31,688 bases of DNA from a virus (IMGVR_UViG_3300017548_000010:1-31688), one strand, 5' to 3'; shown: positions 8,977 to 18,472, counted from the first letter of the stretch. Numbers and translations are program-made. The notes: generated by a model not told the origin, from the sequence alone.

Positions 8977-9204
8977 ATGAATCCCGTGATTGCCGAGCAG
9001 CTCGCTCTCTCGGCCGTGACCAACGCCCAGCAAGGCATGGCTCTCACCAACATGGCCGATCGCAACCTCACCCAAGGTTTGGGCGTGATCAACAACTCGC
9101 TGATTCACCAGCAGGGTGCCACGACCGATGACCCCGGTCTGATCGCCTCGCTGCAGACGGCGAGCCGCGTCCCGATCCAAGGCGCGAACGACCTGGCGAA
9201 GTAG
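8977..9204 (+). CDS. Small Asn/Gln/Ala-rich protein
   Basis: AAGGA RBS; 75 aa with no aromatic residues. Confidence 0.65.
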   Translation: MNPVIAEQLALSAVTNAQQGMALTNMADRNLTQGLGVINNSLIHQQGATTDDPGLIASLQTASRVPIQGANDLAK

Positions 9205-9245
9205 GCCCGGCCGATCCGTAACCCGAGTGCCGCGAAGGTTGCGAC

Positions 9246-9419
9246 ATGACGCCCGACGAACTTCTCGACTTCTCGCTCCGAGCCGCCAAAGCGCAGCTGG
9301 ACCTGTCGAAGCAATCGCTCGACAACCAGCTGCAGGCGGCCGAGCGAATCGCCGCGCGCAAGGCCAGCGAAGCGCTTTCGGAGGTCGCAAAACAGATCGC
9401 CTTAAACCCTACGCAGTGA
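9246..9419 (+). CDS. 57-aa coiled-coil protein (not in ORF track)
   Basis: MTPDELLDFSLRAAKAQLDLSKQSLDNQLQAAERIAARKASEALSEVAKQIALNPTQ fills the gap in the operon. Confidence 0.6.
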   Translation: MTPDELLDFSLRAAKAQLDLSKQSLDNQLQAAERIAARKASEALSEVAKQIALNPTQ

Positions 9420-9424
9420 CGAAC

Positions 9425-9841
9425 ATGCCAGCCGCCATGCAAACCGCGATTCTGCAGCACGCGCTCGACACGGGGCATCTCTACCACCAGTCGTGCGCGA
9501 TCAAGAATGGGCTGCCTGAATCGCCGCCGCGGCAGGTTATCGAAGACGCCAAGCCTGCGAGCGAATCGCCGGCGGCGACGGCCGTATCGAGCGTTGTGGC
9601 TCCCGTGAAGGGGGCCCTGCTCAAGAAGGCTCTGCTGCTCGGAGCCACTCTATTCTCCGGAGCCGGCCTGGGCGGACTGGCGGCGACGGCCGCGGTCGCG
9701 CTGGCACGGCCCAGCGCTGAAACGGATGTCGGCACCACTGCGACGGCGCCGGCCGTGCCGCTCGACCGCGACGCGTCCCTGTACCAGTACCTGCAGGACA
9801 AAGGCCTCCACGTTCCCCCGGAAAAGCGGACCCGCCCATGA
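9425..9841 (+). CDS. Small single-TM protein
   Basis: TM segment ALLLGATLFSGAGLGGLAATAAVALA; start reassigned to ATG 9425. Confidence 0.6.
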   Translation: MPAAMQTAILQHALDTGHLYHQSCAIKNGLPESPPRQVIEDAKPASESPAATAVSSVVAPVKGALLKKALLLGATLFSGAGLGGLAATAAVALARPSAETDVGTTATAPAVPLDRDASLYQYLQDKGLHVPPEKRTRP

Positions 9842-10050
9842 CGCCCGACGAGATGACGCAGCAGCTTCTGCAGCAGCATTTCGCTCGCATGGGCGAGTTG
9901 AATGCTCAAGGGGTCGCCCAGCAGCAGCACTGGGGCACCCTGCAGACCGAGCTATTCTCCGACACGGTTGCCGCGGCGATGGGCATCAACAAGACGCTCG
10001 ATCGCCAGGGCGAATATGAAAAGCCGCCGAGCTCCGATGCGACAGTTTGA
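9838..10050 (+). CDS. Gln-rich small protein
   Basis: ATGA overlap with the upstream gene; begins MTPDE like 9246..9419. Confidence 0.6.
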   Translation: MTPDEMTQQLLQQHFARMGELNAQGVAQQQHWGTLQTELFSDTVAAAMGINKTLDRQGEYEKPPSSDATV

Positions 10051-10639
10051 TCCACAGAAGCCTCGATTCGTGAAGCTCGCCGAGGCGGCTCCGATCATCG
10101 GCAACGCCTGGCTGGCTCAATACCGAGGCTCGGGCCTGATTTCGCGTCTGATCCAGTACGGCACCGGCGGCGTGCACAGCCATACAGCGATGTTCAAGCG
10201 TGACTGCGCGACCGGCTGCGTCGACGTACTTGAGCTGCGGGAGTTCATCGGCGGCCGATCGACGCCGATCGATTACCAAGTGCAGCAGTATCCCGGCCAG
10301 ATCGACGTATTCTCGCCCGACGTTGAACGCTGGCCGGAATTCAACCCGTCGCTGGCCGTTTACTACATGCGGAAGCTAACCTGCAAACCGTACGGCTACT
10401 GGGGCGTCGCTCGCCTTGCCCTGCAGAAGGTGCCGCTGCTCTGGCGGTGTTGGCCTCTCGACGTGAGCGATAACCCCGCCAAGCCATGCGCGGCTCCCTT
10501 CTGCAGTCATGCGGTCGTGACGGCGTATCGAGAGGGCGGACGAGTCGACCCGGTGCCACGCAAGCCAGATCATCTCGTCACGCCGAACGACCTGACTTGG
10601 TCGCTGCTGTTTCATTACGAGTTCACTCTCATCCCCTGA
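10037..10639 (+). CDS. Permuted papain-like NlpC/P60 enzyme (YiiX/YebB-like)
   Basis: ISRLIQ...HSHTAM (His before Cys), KPYG, FCSHAV, TPNDL motifs. Confidence 0.8.
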   Translation: MRQFDPQKPRFVKLAEAAPIIGNAWLAQYRGSGLISRLIQYGTGGVHSHTAMFKRDCATGCVDVLELREFIGGRSTPIDYQVQQYPGQIDVFSPDVERWPEFNPSLAVYYMRKLTCKPYGYWGVARLALQKVPLLWRCWPLDVSDNPAKPCAAPFCSHAVVTAYREGGRVDPVPRKPDHLVTPNDLTWSLLFHYEFTLIP

Positions 10640-10744
10640 GTTGTTCGGGAGGAGCGCGCTGAATGACGATCGAGGGGGCGGCTGCAACGTAAGGATTGCG
10701 GCCTCGTCCGGCTAGGGTGACTTTCTCACAGGAATCCCAGAGCC

Positions 10745-10978
10745 ATGACCTTCACAATCGACTCGGCCTGTCTCCTCGCGCTCGTCGGCCTGCTGGCGGA
10801 AGGGATCCGCCGCATGGGCCGAATCGAGGCGACGATAATCGCAATGCAAAAGCGCACGGACGAGGAGCTGCAGGAAGTGCGCGACCGAGCGGCCCTCTAC
10901 GGCCGCCACCTACGGCACCATCGTCGTGCCATCCTGCAACTCGGCGGTTCGCTGCCCGTCGATGAGGAGCCGGTTTGA
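10745..10978 (+). CDS. Holin-like small protein (N-terminal TM plus coiled coil)
   Basis: TM ACLLALVGLLA then a charged helix; directly after the amidase-like gene. Confidence 0.5.
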   Translation: MTFTIDSACLLALVGLLAEGIRRMGRIEATIIAMQKRTDEELQEVRDRAALYGRHLRHHRRAILQLGGSLPVDEEPV

Positions 10979-11094
10979 CGCAACTCCCCGCTCCGCCCCC
11001 AGTTGGGCTGGCCGTTGGTCGCCGGGCGACCACTGCCAAAGTGGCAGTTTCGCAACTCTTTACGACTTTCGCAACTCTGCACGCCCCTGGCGAT

Positions 11095-11135
11095 AGGTAC
11101 TTCCCCGGCGACCCGGCGGGCGACCCCGCAGGGAA
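11095..11135 (+). other. Candidate cos/packaging initiation site
   Basis: AGGTACTTCCCCGG...GGGCGACCCCGCAGGG resembles lambda cosQ-cosN; lies just upstream of the packaging operon. Confidence 0.5.
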
Positions 11136-11172
11136 CAGTCACTTTGTTAGACACAGTTGGTTGCTCGCGAAA

Positions 11173-12690
11173 ATGAAGATTGAACTTCGTCCGCTCGACT
11201 CGATCCGTCCATACGAACGTAACCCGCGCATCAACGACCACGCCGTCGACGGCGTGGCCAAGTCGCTCAAGGAATTCGGTTTTCGCAAGCCGATCGTTGT
11301 CGACGCCGAGGGCGTGATCATCTGCGGTCACACCACTTTCAAAGCGGCGCAGAAGTTGGGGCTCGCTCGCGTTCCAGTTCACGTCGCGCACGATCTCACG
11401 CCCGAACAGGTGAAGGCGTACCGCATCGCCGACAACAAAACGGGCGAAGCGGCCGAATGGGATTACGACCTCCTGCCTCTGGAGATCGCGGACCTGAAGG
11501 CGGGCGACTACGACATCTCTCTCCTCGGTTTCTCGCTCGATGAGATGGCTGAGCTGTTCAGCGATGTTGTCTCCGAGGGGCTCGTCGATCCTGACTTTGT
11601 GCCCGCCCCTCCTGATGAACCACGCACCAGGAGAGGGGACATCTGGATCCTCGGCGAGCATCGGCTCATGTGCGGCGACTCCGCATCGCCATCAGACCTC
11701 GATCGACTGCTTGCCGGCGAGCTGGTCGACCTGGTTAACACCGATCCGCCCTACAACGTGAAGGTTGAACCGCGAAGCAACAACGCAATCGCTGCAGGAC
11801 TCAGTTCGTTCGCTGGAGCCACTCATCACCAACAGATGGATGCGGCCAAGCGACCTAATGCGGCCAAACCGACCGACAAAAAGCTGCGTGCAAAGGATCG
11901 CCCGCTCGCGAACGACTTTGTCAGCGACGAGGCGTTTGATCAACTGCTCGCTGGTTGGTTCGGCAACATCGCTCGCGTGCTGAAGCCGGGCCACTCCTTC
12001 TACGTCTGGGGTGGCTTTGCCAACGCGAGAAACTACCCGGGCCCGATGGAGAAGGCTGGGCTCTACTTCTCACAGGCAATCATTTGGGTGAAGGACCATC
12101 CGGTCCTCACTCGCAAGGACTTCATGGGCGACCACGAGTGGTGCTTCTACGGATGGCGCGAGGGTGCCGCTCACCGCTTCTTTGGCCCGGCCAACGTGTC
12201 AGATGTTTGGCAGATCCAGCGAGTGAAAAGCGGCGACGTCATGCTCGGCAAGGGAGTTGTGCTGGAGACCCCTGACGGCGACCGCCTCGAGATATCGCCG
12301 CCGTTGCGGGACAAGCTCCGCACGGTGCATGTTGGAGACGAAGGCGTCTGCATCCACAGTGCGAGCGCGGTGACCGACGTCTGGCGAGTGAAGAAGGTCC
12401 CCGGGCAGAAGATGGTGCACCTCACTGAGAAGCCGGTCGAGCTCGCGATCCGCGCGATGCAGTACTCGTCGCGCCCCGGTGAGTTGGTACTCGACCTGTT
12501 CGGCGGCAGCGGCTCAACCCTGATTGCCGCACAGCAGACCGGCCGCCGAGCACGGCTGATGGAACTCGATCCGCTGTACTGCGACGTCATTGTCGAGCGG
12601 TTCGAGAAGTTCACCGGCTTGAAGGCAGAGCGGATCAGCGCGAACGGAGACACACCGGCCGCGTCCCACCAAGGCTCCCCCAAAAAGTAA
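11173..12690 (+). CDS. ParB N-terminal domain fused to a beta-class N6/N4 DNA methyltransferase
   Basis: IRPYERNPR...FGFRKPIVVD...GH (ParB/Srx); DPPY, HLTEKP, DLFGGSGSTL. Confidence 0.9.
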   Translation: MKIELRPLDSIRPYERNPRINDHAVDGVAKSLKEFGFRKPIVVDAEGVIICGHTTFKAAQKLGLARVPVHVAHDLTPEQVKAYRIADNKTGEAAEWDYDLLPLEIADLKAGDYDISLLGFSLDEMAELFSDVVSEGLVDPDFVPAPPDEPRTRRGDIWILGEHRLMCGDSASPSDLDRLLAGELVDLVNTDPPYNVKVEPRSNNAIAAGLSSFAGATHHQQMDAAKRPNAAKPTDKKLRAKDRPLANDFVSDEAFDQLLAGWFGNIARVLKPGHSFYVWGGFANARNYPGPMEKAGLYFSQAIIWVKDHPVLTRKDFMGDHEWCFYGWREGAAHRFFGPANVSDVWQIQRVKSGDVMLGKGVVLETPDGDRLEISPPLRDKLRTVHVGDEGVCIHSASAVTDVWRVKKVPGQKMVHLTEKPVELAIRAMQYSSRPGELVLDLFGGSGSTLIAAQQTGRRARLMELDPLYCDVIVERFEKFTGLKAERISANGDTPAASHQGSPKK

Positions 12691-12714
12691 TCACAACGTC
12701 AAGCAGGCGGTCGC

Positions 12715-12900
12715 ATGAGCAAGGCACTCGATCCCACAAGGCTGACGCCGGCCGACGTCGCAATGGTTCTCGCGAAGGCGGGCGGCAAAGTGACCGAGGA
12801 GCAAGTTCGCCAGGACCTCGCGGCGGGAGCACCGGCAAACGACGACGGCACCATCCACTTGATCCACTACGCGGCCTGGCTCGTAAGCCTCGCCGACTAA
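12715..12900 (+). CDS. Small winged-HTH protein, candidate terminase small subunit (Nu1-like DNA-binding domain)
   Basis: Located just before the terminase; GAP.N.DG...L..Y..W pattern. Confidence 0.6.
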   Translation: MSKALDPTRLTPADVAMVLAKAGGKVTEEQVRQDLAAGAPANDDGTIHLIHYAAWLVSLAD

Positions 12901-13026
12901 CACGAAGCGGGATCCGGCCTGGTTGCAGCCGGGCCGGTCCCTAACCCCCACGCTGTGCAGACCAGCGAGGAAGGCTAGAGATTCCTAGCTTTTGCTCATG
13001 CTGCGCGCACGCCGAAGGCCCGTAAG

Positions 13027-15375
13027 ATGGCCCGACCGGATACGATCGCCGCGTTGAGCAGAGCGCTTTTGCCGATTATCGCGGACGTGGCGGACGATCC
13101 TCGCAAACTCAAACCCGGCCAGTTGTGCCGGATCCTGAATAGCACGCCCCTCGGCTCGGTTCTCACCGACCGCAAGCTGCGGGCCCATCGCACGCGGGGT
13201 GGCCTGCGCATCGGCGACGGCCGCACGGTCGACCTGTTCCGCTACGCCGCCTGGCTGGCAACGGAGCGGCACAAGGCGAAGCCCATTTCCCGGGAAATGC
13301 CTGCCGCCACAGTCCCCTTCGCCACGGCCTACGAGGCCAAGAAGGAACGCGAGCGACAGCGTAACGCCGAGAACAGCCGCAAGGGGCGCGACCTCGGCGA
13401 ACTGCCGCCGGTTGTGGATCCGAAGCGGAAGGAGAAGGCGCGGGGCGACCTGCTCTACTTCGGCCAGACGTACTTCCCGGAGCGATTCCCGCTCGCGCCG
13501 TCGGACGATCACCGGCGGCTGGTGAAGGCGATCGAGAGGACCGTAGTCGAAGGCGGGCTGCAGGCCTTCGCCATGCCGCGCGGCAGTGGCAAGACCACCT
13601 GGTGCGAGGTCGCCGTGATCTGGGCGCTCCTCACCGGCCTGCGGAAGTTCGTCGCGCTGATCGGCGCCAACAAGGCCCACGCCGACGAAATGCTGGAATC
13701 GATCAAAGGTGAGCTCGACACGAACGAGCTGCTGAGCGCCGACTGGCCAGAGGTCTGCGTTCCGATCCAGGCGCTCGAAGGGATCAACAATCGCTGCAAG
13801 GGCCAGCTGATCAACGGTGAGCGCACCCGTATGCGCTGGGCCGGCAGCACTATCGTCTTGCCGACCGTCAAAGGGAGCACCGCCAGCGCGGGCGTGCTGT
13901 GCGTTCGCGGCATCACCGGCCGCGTCCGCGGCATGAAGTTCCGCCGGCCGGACGGCGAGACCGTTCGCCCCGACCTGGCGATCATCGACGACCCGCAGAC
14001 CGACCAATCCGCCCACAGCCCGCAGCAGTGCGAGAAGCGACTCCGGATTGTGACCGGCGCCATCCTCGGCCTGGCCGGGCCCGGAAAGAAGATCGCCGCC
14101 TGCATGCCGTGCACCGTCATCGTGCGGGGCGACATGGCCGACCAGATCCTCGATCGAGATAAGCACCCGGAGTGGCACGGCGAAATCAACAAGCTCGTCT
14201 ATCAGTGGCCCGACGCCGACAAGCTCTGGGAGGAGTACGCCGAGATCCGCCGCAATAGCTTGCGGAGCGGCGGTGACGGCCGCGAAGCCACCGCGTTCTA
14301 TCGCAAGAACCGCAAGGCGATGGACGCGGGGGCCAAAGTCGCGTGGCCTGCTCGCCACAACTCCGACGAGCTGAGCGCTATCCAACACGCCTATAACCTG
14401 AAGATCGATAACCCGCTCACGTTCGACGCCGAGTACCAAAACGAACCAAAGGATGACGAGGCGGACGAGAACAAGCTGATGTCGCCGGAAGCGATCGCCG
14501 CGAAGGTCAACAATCTGCCGCAGGGGATGTGCCCCCTCGAGTCGACCGAACTCACCGGGTTCATCGACGTGCAGCACAAGGCGCTCTACTGGGGCGTATG
14601 CGCCTTCGGCGATCAGTTCACCGGCGGCGTGGTGGACTACGGCGTGTTCCCCACGCAGCACCGCTCCTTCTTCACGCTGCGCGATATCAAGCACACGCTG
14701 CAAAAGAAGTATCCCGGCATGCCGCTCGCCGCGGCCGTCGTCGCCGGGCTCGGCGAGCTGCTCGATCTGTTGATCCCTAAGACCTGGGCCCACGAGTCCG
14801 GGGCTCCGCTGAAGATCTCCCAACTGCTGATCGACTCGAAGGACGGCCAACTCACCGAGGCGATCATGACCTTCTGCCGCACGTCGCGGCACTCGGCGAT
14901 TGTGATGCCGAGCCAGGGTAAGGGCATCGGCCCCGCGGACAAGCCGATGCACACCTACGCCGTGAAGCCGGGCGATCGCCTCGGCAACCATTGGATCGTC
15001 TCCCGCAGCCAGAAGTACGCCCTCCGCGTGGTGACCATCGATACCAATCACTGGAAATCGTTTGTGCACGACCGCCTGGCGACGCCCCCTGGAGCCAAGG
15101 GATCACTGTCGCTCTACGGCGGCCGCGGCACCGATCACCGGATGCTAGCACAGCACCTGACGGCCGAGTCCAAGACGAAACTCAGGAACGAGAAAACCAA
15201 CCGCACGGTCGACGTCTGGAAGCTCAAGCCGGGTCGACCGGACAACCACTGGTTCGACGTCATCGTCGGTTGCGCCGTAGCCGCGTCGATGCGTGGCATT
15301 TCCGACCTTCCCAAGCCCCCGCCCCGGCCCCGGCCGTCGCGGGTGGCACCCCGCGTCTCTCCACTGAGGACCTGA
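13027..15375 (+). CDS. Terminase large subunit (GpA-like) with N-terminal HTH extension
   Basis: Walker A MPRGSGKTT; Walker B AIIDD; nuclease GFIDVQ; C-terminal DNHWFD. Confidence 0.9.
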   Translation: MARPDTIAALSRALLPIIADVADDPRKLKPGQLCRILNSTPLGSVLTDRKLRAHRTRGGLRIGDGRTVDLFRYAAWLATERHKAKPISREMPAATVPFATAYEAKKERERQRNAENSRKGRDLGELPPVVDPKRKEKARGDLLYFGQTYFPERFPLAPSDDHRRLVKAIERTVVEGGLQAFAMPRGSGKTTWCEVAVIWALLTGLRKFVALIGANKAHADEMLESIKGELDTNELLSADWPEVCVPIQALEGINNRCKGQLINGERTRMRWAGSTIVLPTVKGSTASAGVLCVRGITGRVRGMKFRRPDGETVRPDLAIIDDPQTDQSAHSPQQCEKRLRIVTGAILGLAGPGKKIAACMPCTVIVRGDMADQILDRDKHPEWHGEINKLVYQWPDADKLWEEYAEIRRNSLRSGGDGREATAFYRKNRKAMDAGAKVAWPARHNSDELSAIQHAYNLKIDNPLTFDAEYQNEPKDDEADENKLMSPEAIAAKVNNLPQGMCPLESTELTGFIDVQHKALYWGVCAFGDQFTGGVVDYGVFPTQHRSFFTLRDIKHTLQKKYPGMPLAAAVVAGLGELLDLLIPKTWAHESGAPLKISQLLIDSKDGQLTEAIMTFCRTSRHSAIVMPSQGKGIGPADKPMHTYAVKPGDRLGNHWIVSRSQKYALRVVTIDTNHWKSFVHDRLATPPGAKGSLSLYGGRGTDHRMLAQHLTAESKTKLRNEKTNRTVDVWKLKPGRPDNHWFDVIVGCAVAASMRGISDLPKPPPRPRPSRVAPRVSPLRT

Positions 15376-15379
15376 TCCC

Positions 15380-15631
15380 ATGGCCAAGAAAGCCAGCAAG
15401 CCGACTCATCCCCAAGCCGACCGAGGAACCTCCGGAGGATCCCCGGCCCCCCTGCCTCAGACGCAGGACTCCTACTGCCGCTGCGGCTGCCGGCGCGCCG
15501 AGACGGTCGGCCCCCCCAACCGTGTCGAGGCGAGCGGGATCCGCGAAGGGAAGCCGTACGCGGCGATTCTGCGGCAACGGGTGCGTTGCCTGGGGTGCCG
15601 ACAGATCCGCGTCGAGACCGTTTACGAGTAG
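15380..15631 (+). CDS. Small Zn-ribbon protein
   Basis: CRCGC...CLGC, between terminase and gpW. Confidence 0.55.
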   Translation: MAKKASKPTHPQADRGTSGGSPAPLPQTQDSYCRCGCRRAETVGPPNRVEASGIREGKPYAAILRQRVRCLGCRQIRVETVYE

Positions 15632-15667
15632 ACAGGTTTGCGGGGGTGGTCGGATAGCCTCGCGTGC

Positions 15668-15871
15668 ATGGCTGCCACCGACCATTCCAAACGCATCGCC
15701 GAGATCGACGCGATTCTCCAGTCCGGAGCGCGTAGCGTCAGCACCGACGGTCTCTCGATCTCCTATGACTTCGAAGCCCTCGAACGCGAACGGCGTCAGC
15801 TGCTGGCCGAAGACGAGGCCAATCGCATGCGGCGGCCGGTCGCCTCGAACATCTACCTGGGCGGCTTCTGA
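15668..15871 (+). CDS. gpW-like head completion protein
   Basis: Helix, GARSVSTDG hairpin, helix (IAEIDAIL...SISYD..LERERRQL); directly before the portal. Confidence 0.7.
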   Translation: MAATDHSKRIAEIDAILQSGARSVSTDGLSISYDFEALERERRQLLAEDEANRMRRPVASNIYLGGF

Positions 15872-15885
15872 GTCGGGAGAGTCCG

Positions 15886-17397
15886 ATGGCTGTTACCCGC
15901 CGCTACCTTCGCGCCGCAACCCGCTCGTTGGCGCGAAGTCTCGCCGTCGCCAAGGCCAGGGCAGGCGACGCCCTGCGGAAGTTCACGAGCACCTACGACG
16001 CGACCGAACCCAAGGGGCGGCGCAAGGCGCCCACGCCCACCGCTCGCAGCGAGGACCAGATCCTCGACGCCAACAAGCGGGCGAAGCTCACGGCCAACGC
16101 CCGCGACATACAGCGGAATTTCGCGATAGCCGGCTGGATGATCCGCCGCCACCTCGATTACGTGGCCAGCTTCCAGTTCCACAGCCGCACAGGCAACGTC
16201 GAACTCGACATGCAGATCGAGCAGCTGATGGAGCAGTGGTTCCGTCCCTACAATTGCGATGTCGCAGGCCGTCACCGGTTCGAGAACTTGATCCGCCTGG
16301 CCGAGGCCCGGGCCGTGGTCGACGGCGACGTCGGCCTGATGAAGCTGGCGAGCGGCCATTTGCAGGCGATCGAGTCGGACCGGATCCGCAATCCCATTGG
16401 AGTCTCAAATGGCTTCGAGAACTGGCTACATGGCGTGAAGGTCGACGGCGCCGGCAGGGCCCTGGCATACTCGATTCACCGTCGCACGTCGCTCGGCACG
16501 TTCGAGCAGGACAAGATCGTCTCCGCGGCAAATTTCTGTCTGCACGGCTACTTCGATCGCTTCGACCAGGTCCGCGGGATCTCGCCGTTAGCGGCCGCTC
16601 TCGATCCGCTGCGGGACGTGTACGAAGGTTTCACTTACGCGCTTGCGAAGGCGAAGGTGTCGCAGCTCTTCGCGATGCTCATCACGCGGAAAGCCCTCGA
16701 CTCCCCGGGGGCCGTTTCCCCGGAAATCGACCCGGAGACCGGCGAGCCGTTGGACAGCCGCGGCAAGTACTCCGTCGACTTCGGACGCGGGCCGGTGCTG
16801 CTCGACATGGACCCAAACGACGACGCGAAATTCCTGGAGTCGTCCACGCCCTCGACTCAGTTCCAGGAGTTCTCGCAGCTGATGGTGATGGTTGCGGCCA
16901 AGGCCCTCGACATTCCGTACAGCTTCTTCGACGAGTCGCACACGAACTTCTTCGGAAGCCGCGGAGCCTGGCTGCACTACGAGCGGAGTTGCCAACACAA
17001 GCAGGCCAACCTGCTCGAGCTGCTCCGCCGGTTGACGCTCTGGCGGCTCACCCTTTGGCTGCTCGACGGCAGCCTCACTTTGCCCAAGGGGATGACGATC
17101 GGCGACCTCGCGTGGGAGTGGGTTCCGATTGGCATGCCGTGGTGGGATCCGGCAAAGGAAATCCGCGGCGACCTGATGGCGATCGCCGCCGGCCTCGACA
17201 ACCCGCAGCGGATCACGAAGGAGCGCGGCCGCGGCGACTGGTACGACAACATCGACAGGATTGCGGAGGCGCGCGCCTACGCTAAATCGAAGAACGTGCC
17301 GCTCAGCTTCAATCCGGACGCCCTGGGTCCCGACCCCGAACCTGAGCCGGAAAAAGACCAGCCGCCCAAGAAGGCCAAGCCCGGCAAACCTGAATGA
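15886..17397 (+). CDS. Portal protein, lambda family
   Basis: ARDIQRN, IESDRI, QVRGISPL, NFFGSR, WWDPAKE motifs. Confidence 0.9.
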   Translation: MAVTRRYLRAATRSLARSLAVAKARAGDALRKFTSTYDATEPKGRRKAPTPTARSEDQILDANKRAKLTANARDIQRNFAIAGWMIRRHLDYVASFQFHSRTGNVELDMQIEQLMEQWFRPYNCDVAGRHRFENLIRLAEARAVVDGDVGLMKLASGHLQAIESDRIRNPIGVSNGFENWLHGVKVDGAGRALAYSIHRRTSLGTFEQDKIVSAANFCLHGYFDRFDQVRGISPLAAALDPLRDVYEGFTYALAKAKVSQLFAMLITRKALDSPGAVSPEIDPETGEPLDSRGKYSVDFGRGPVLLDMDPNDDAKFLESSTPSTQFQEFSQLMVMVAAKALDIPYSFFDESHTNFFGSRGAWLHYERSCQHKQANLLELLRRLTLWRLTLWLLDGSLTLPKGMTIGDLAWEWVPIGMPWWDPAKEIRGDLMAIAAGLDNPQRITKERGRGDWYDNIDRIAEARAYAKSKNVPLSFNPDALGPDPEPEPEKDQPPKKAKPGKPE

Positions 17398-18395
17398 CCA
17401 CTGCCACGCGCAAAGTCCCGAGTTCGGCACTCTGCTTTAACGCCGACGCGTTCGAGTTTGCGGCCCCACAGGAAGGCGAGGGCCAGAGCAAGACGCCGAT
17501 CAAGATGCGCGCTCGCAGTGGCCAGCCGATCAATCACTGGTTCTGGGGTAATGTCGTGCACGACATGGCCGGTTTTCACACCGGCGGCAAGGCCAGCATT
17601 CCGATCGATTACTGCCACTACTCCGACGAGGTCCTCGGCTTCCTCAACGAGTTCGAGGCCAAGGACGACGGCCTCGACGTCGCCGGCGAGATTGTCTCGT
17701 TCAAAGAGGATGACCGCGCCGCGGAAGTCGCGTACAAGGCCGGCAAGGGCGTTCCGTACCAGGCCTCGATCTTCTTCGAGCCTGAAGTGATCGAGGAGGT
17801 GCTGCCCGGCGCGGCGGCGATGGTGAACGGCTACGAGCTCCCGGGGCCGGCCCTCATCATCCGCAAGTGGGCTCTCCGCGGCGTCGCGGTGTGTCCGTAT
17901 GGCTACGACCCGCGCACCAGCAGTCAGTTCTCAGCCGCCGGTCTGGCCGGCGGCGATGTCGAAGTCCCAACCTTCAAGCTCCCTCAGGAGTTAGCCGCGA
18001 TGACCGTTACGACCACGCCCTCACTTTCGAACCCGCCTGCCGCTGACGCGGGCAAGCTCAGCGAAGATGTCCGCAAACAACTCGGCGCGGATCTCAATCG
18101 CTTTGTCGAGAAGTTCGGCGCCACCAATGGCGCGGCGTGGTTCACCGCCGGCAAGACCTACGAGCAGGCGCTCGAGTTGCACGTCGATGAGCTCACCAAG
18201 CAGCTCGGCGAGAAGGACAAGCGGATTACCCACCTGAAGGCCAAGCTGAACGCCATCCCGCGCGGCGAGGAAACCCCGGCCAGCTTCAGCGGCGGCGGCG
18301 ACGCCCAGCCGGACACGGTCAATAAGAAGTTCGCTCACCTGGGAGACAACCTCGCCAAGGTGGCCAGCGGCATCAAGATGCCGAACCGCAAGTAA
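17394..18395 (+). CDS. Prohead protease / scaffold fusion
   Basis: IPIDYCH, GVPYQASI, AVCPYGYD protease-like motifs; C-terminal coiled coil. Confidence 0.75.
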   Translation: MTTATRKVPSSALCFNADAFEFAAPQEGEGQSKTPIKMRARSGQPINHWFWGNVVHDMAGFHTGGKASIPIDYCHYSDEVLGFLNEFEAKDDGLDVAGEIVSFKEDDRAAEVAYKAGKGVPYQASIFFEPEVIEEVLPGAAAMVNGYELPGPALIIRKWALRGVAVCPYGYDPRTSSQFSAAGLAGGDVEVPTFKLPQELAAMTVTTTPSLSNPPAADAGKLSEDVRKQLGADLNRFVEKFGATNGAAWFTAGKTYEQALELHVDELTKQLGEKDKRITHLKAKLNAIPRGEETPASFSGGGDAQPDTVNKKFAHLGDNLAKVASGIKMPNRK

Positions 18396-18472
18396 CGCAT
18401 TCAAGGCGGCGGCCGAGAATCGCACCCCATTTCCCCGGAAACATCGATCGCCCCTTGTAAGGATTCGCTCGA

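Noticed and set aside
9227-9424. N-terminal part of the 204-aa ORF
   Set aside because: Better explained by the 57-aa ORF 9246..9419 in another frame plus a start at 9425
10975-11172. N-terminal extension of the ParB-MTase from TTG 10975
   Set aside because: The ParB domain begins at ATG 11173; the extension spans the cos-like non-coding region
12985-15069. 694-aa minus-strand ORF
   Set aside because: Antisense shadow of the terminase in GC-rich DNA; no motifs
14991-17285. 764-aa alternate-frame ORF
   Set aside because: Arg/Pro-rich off-frame overlap of terminase, gpW and portal
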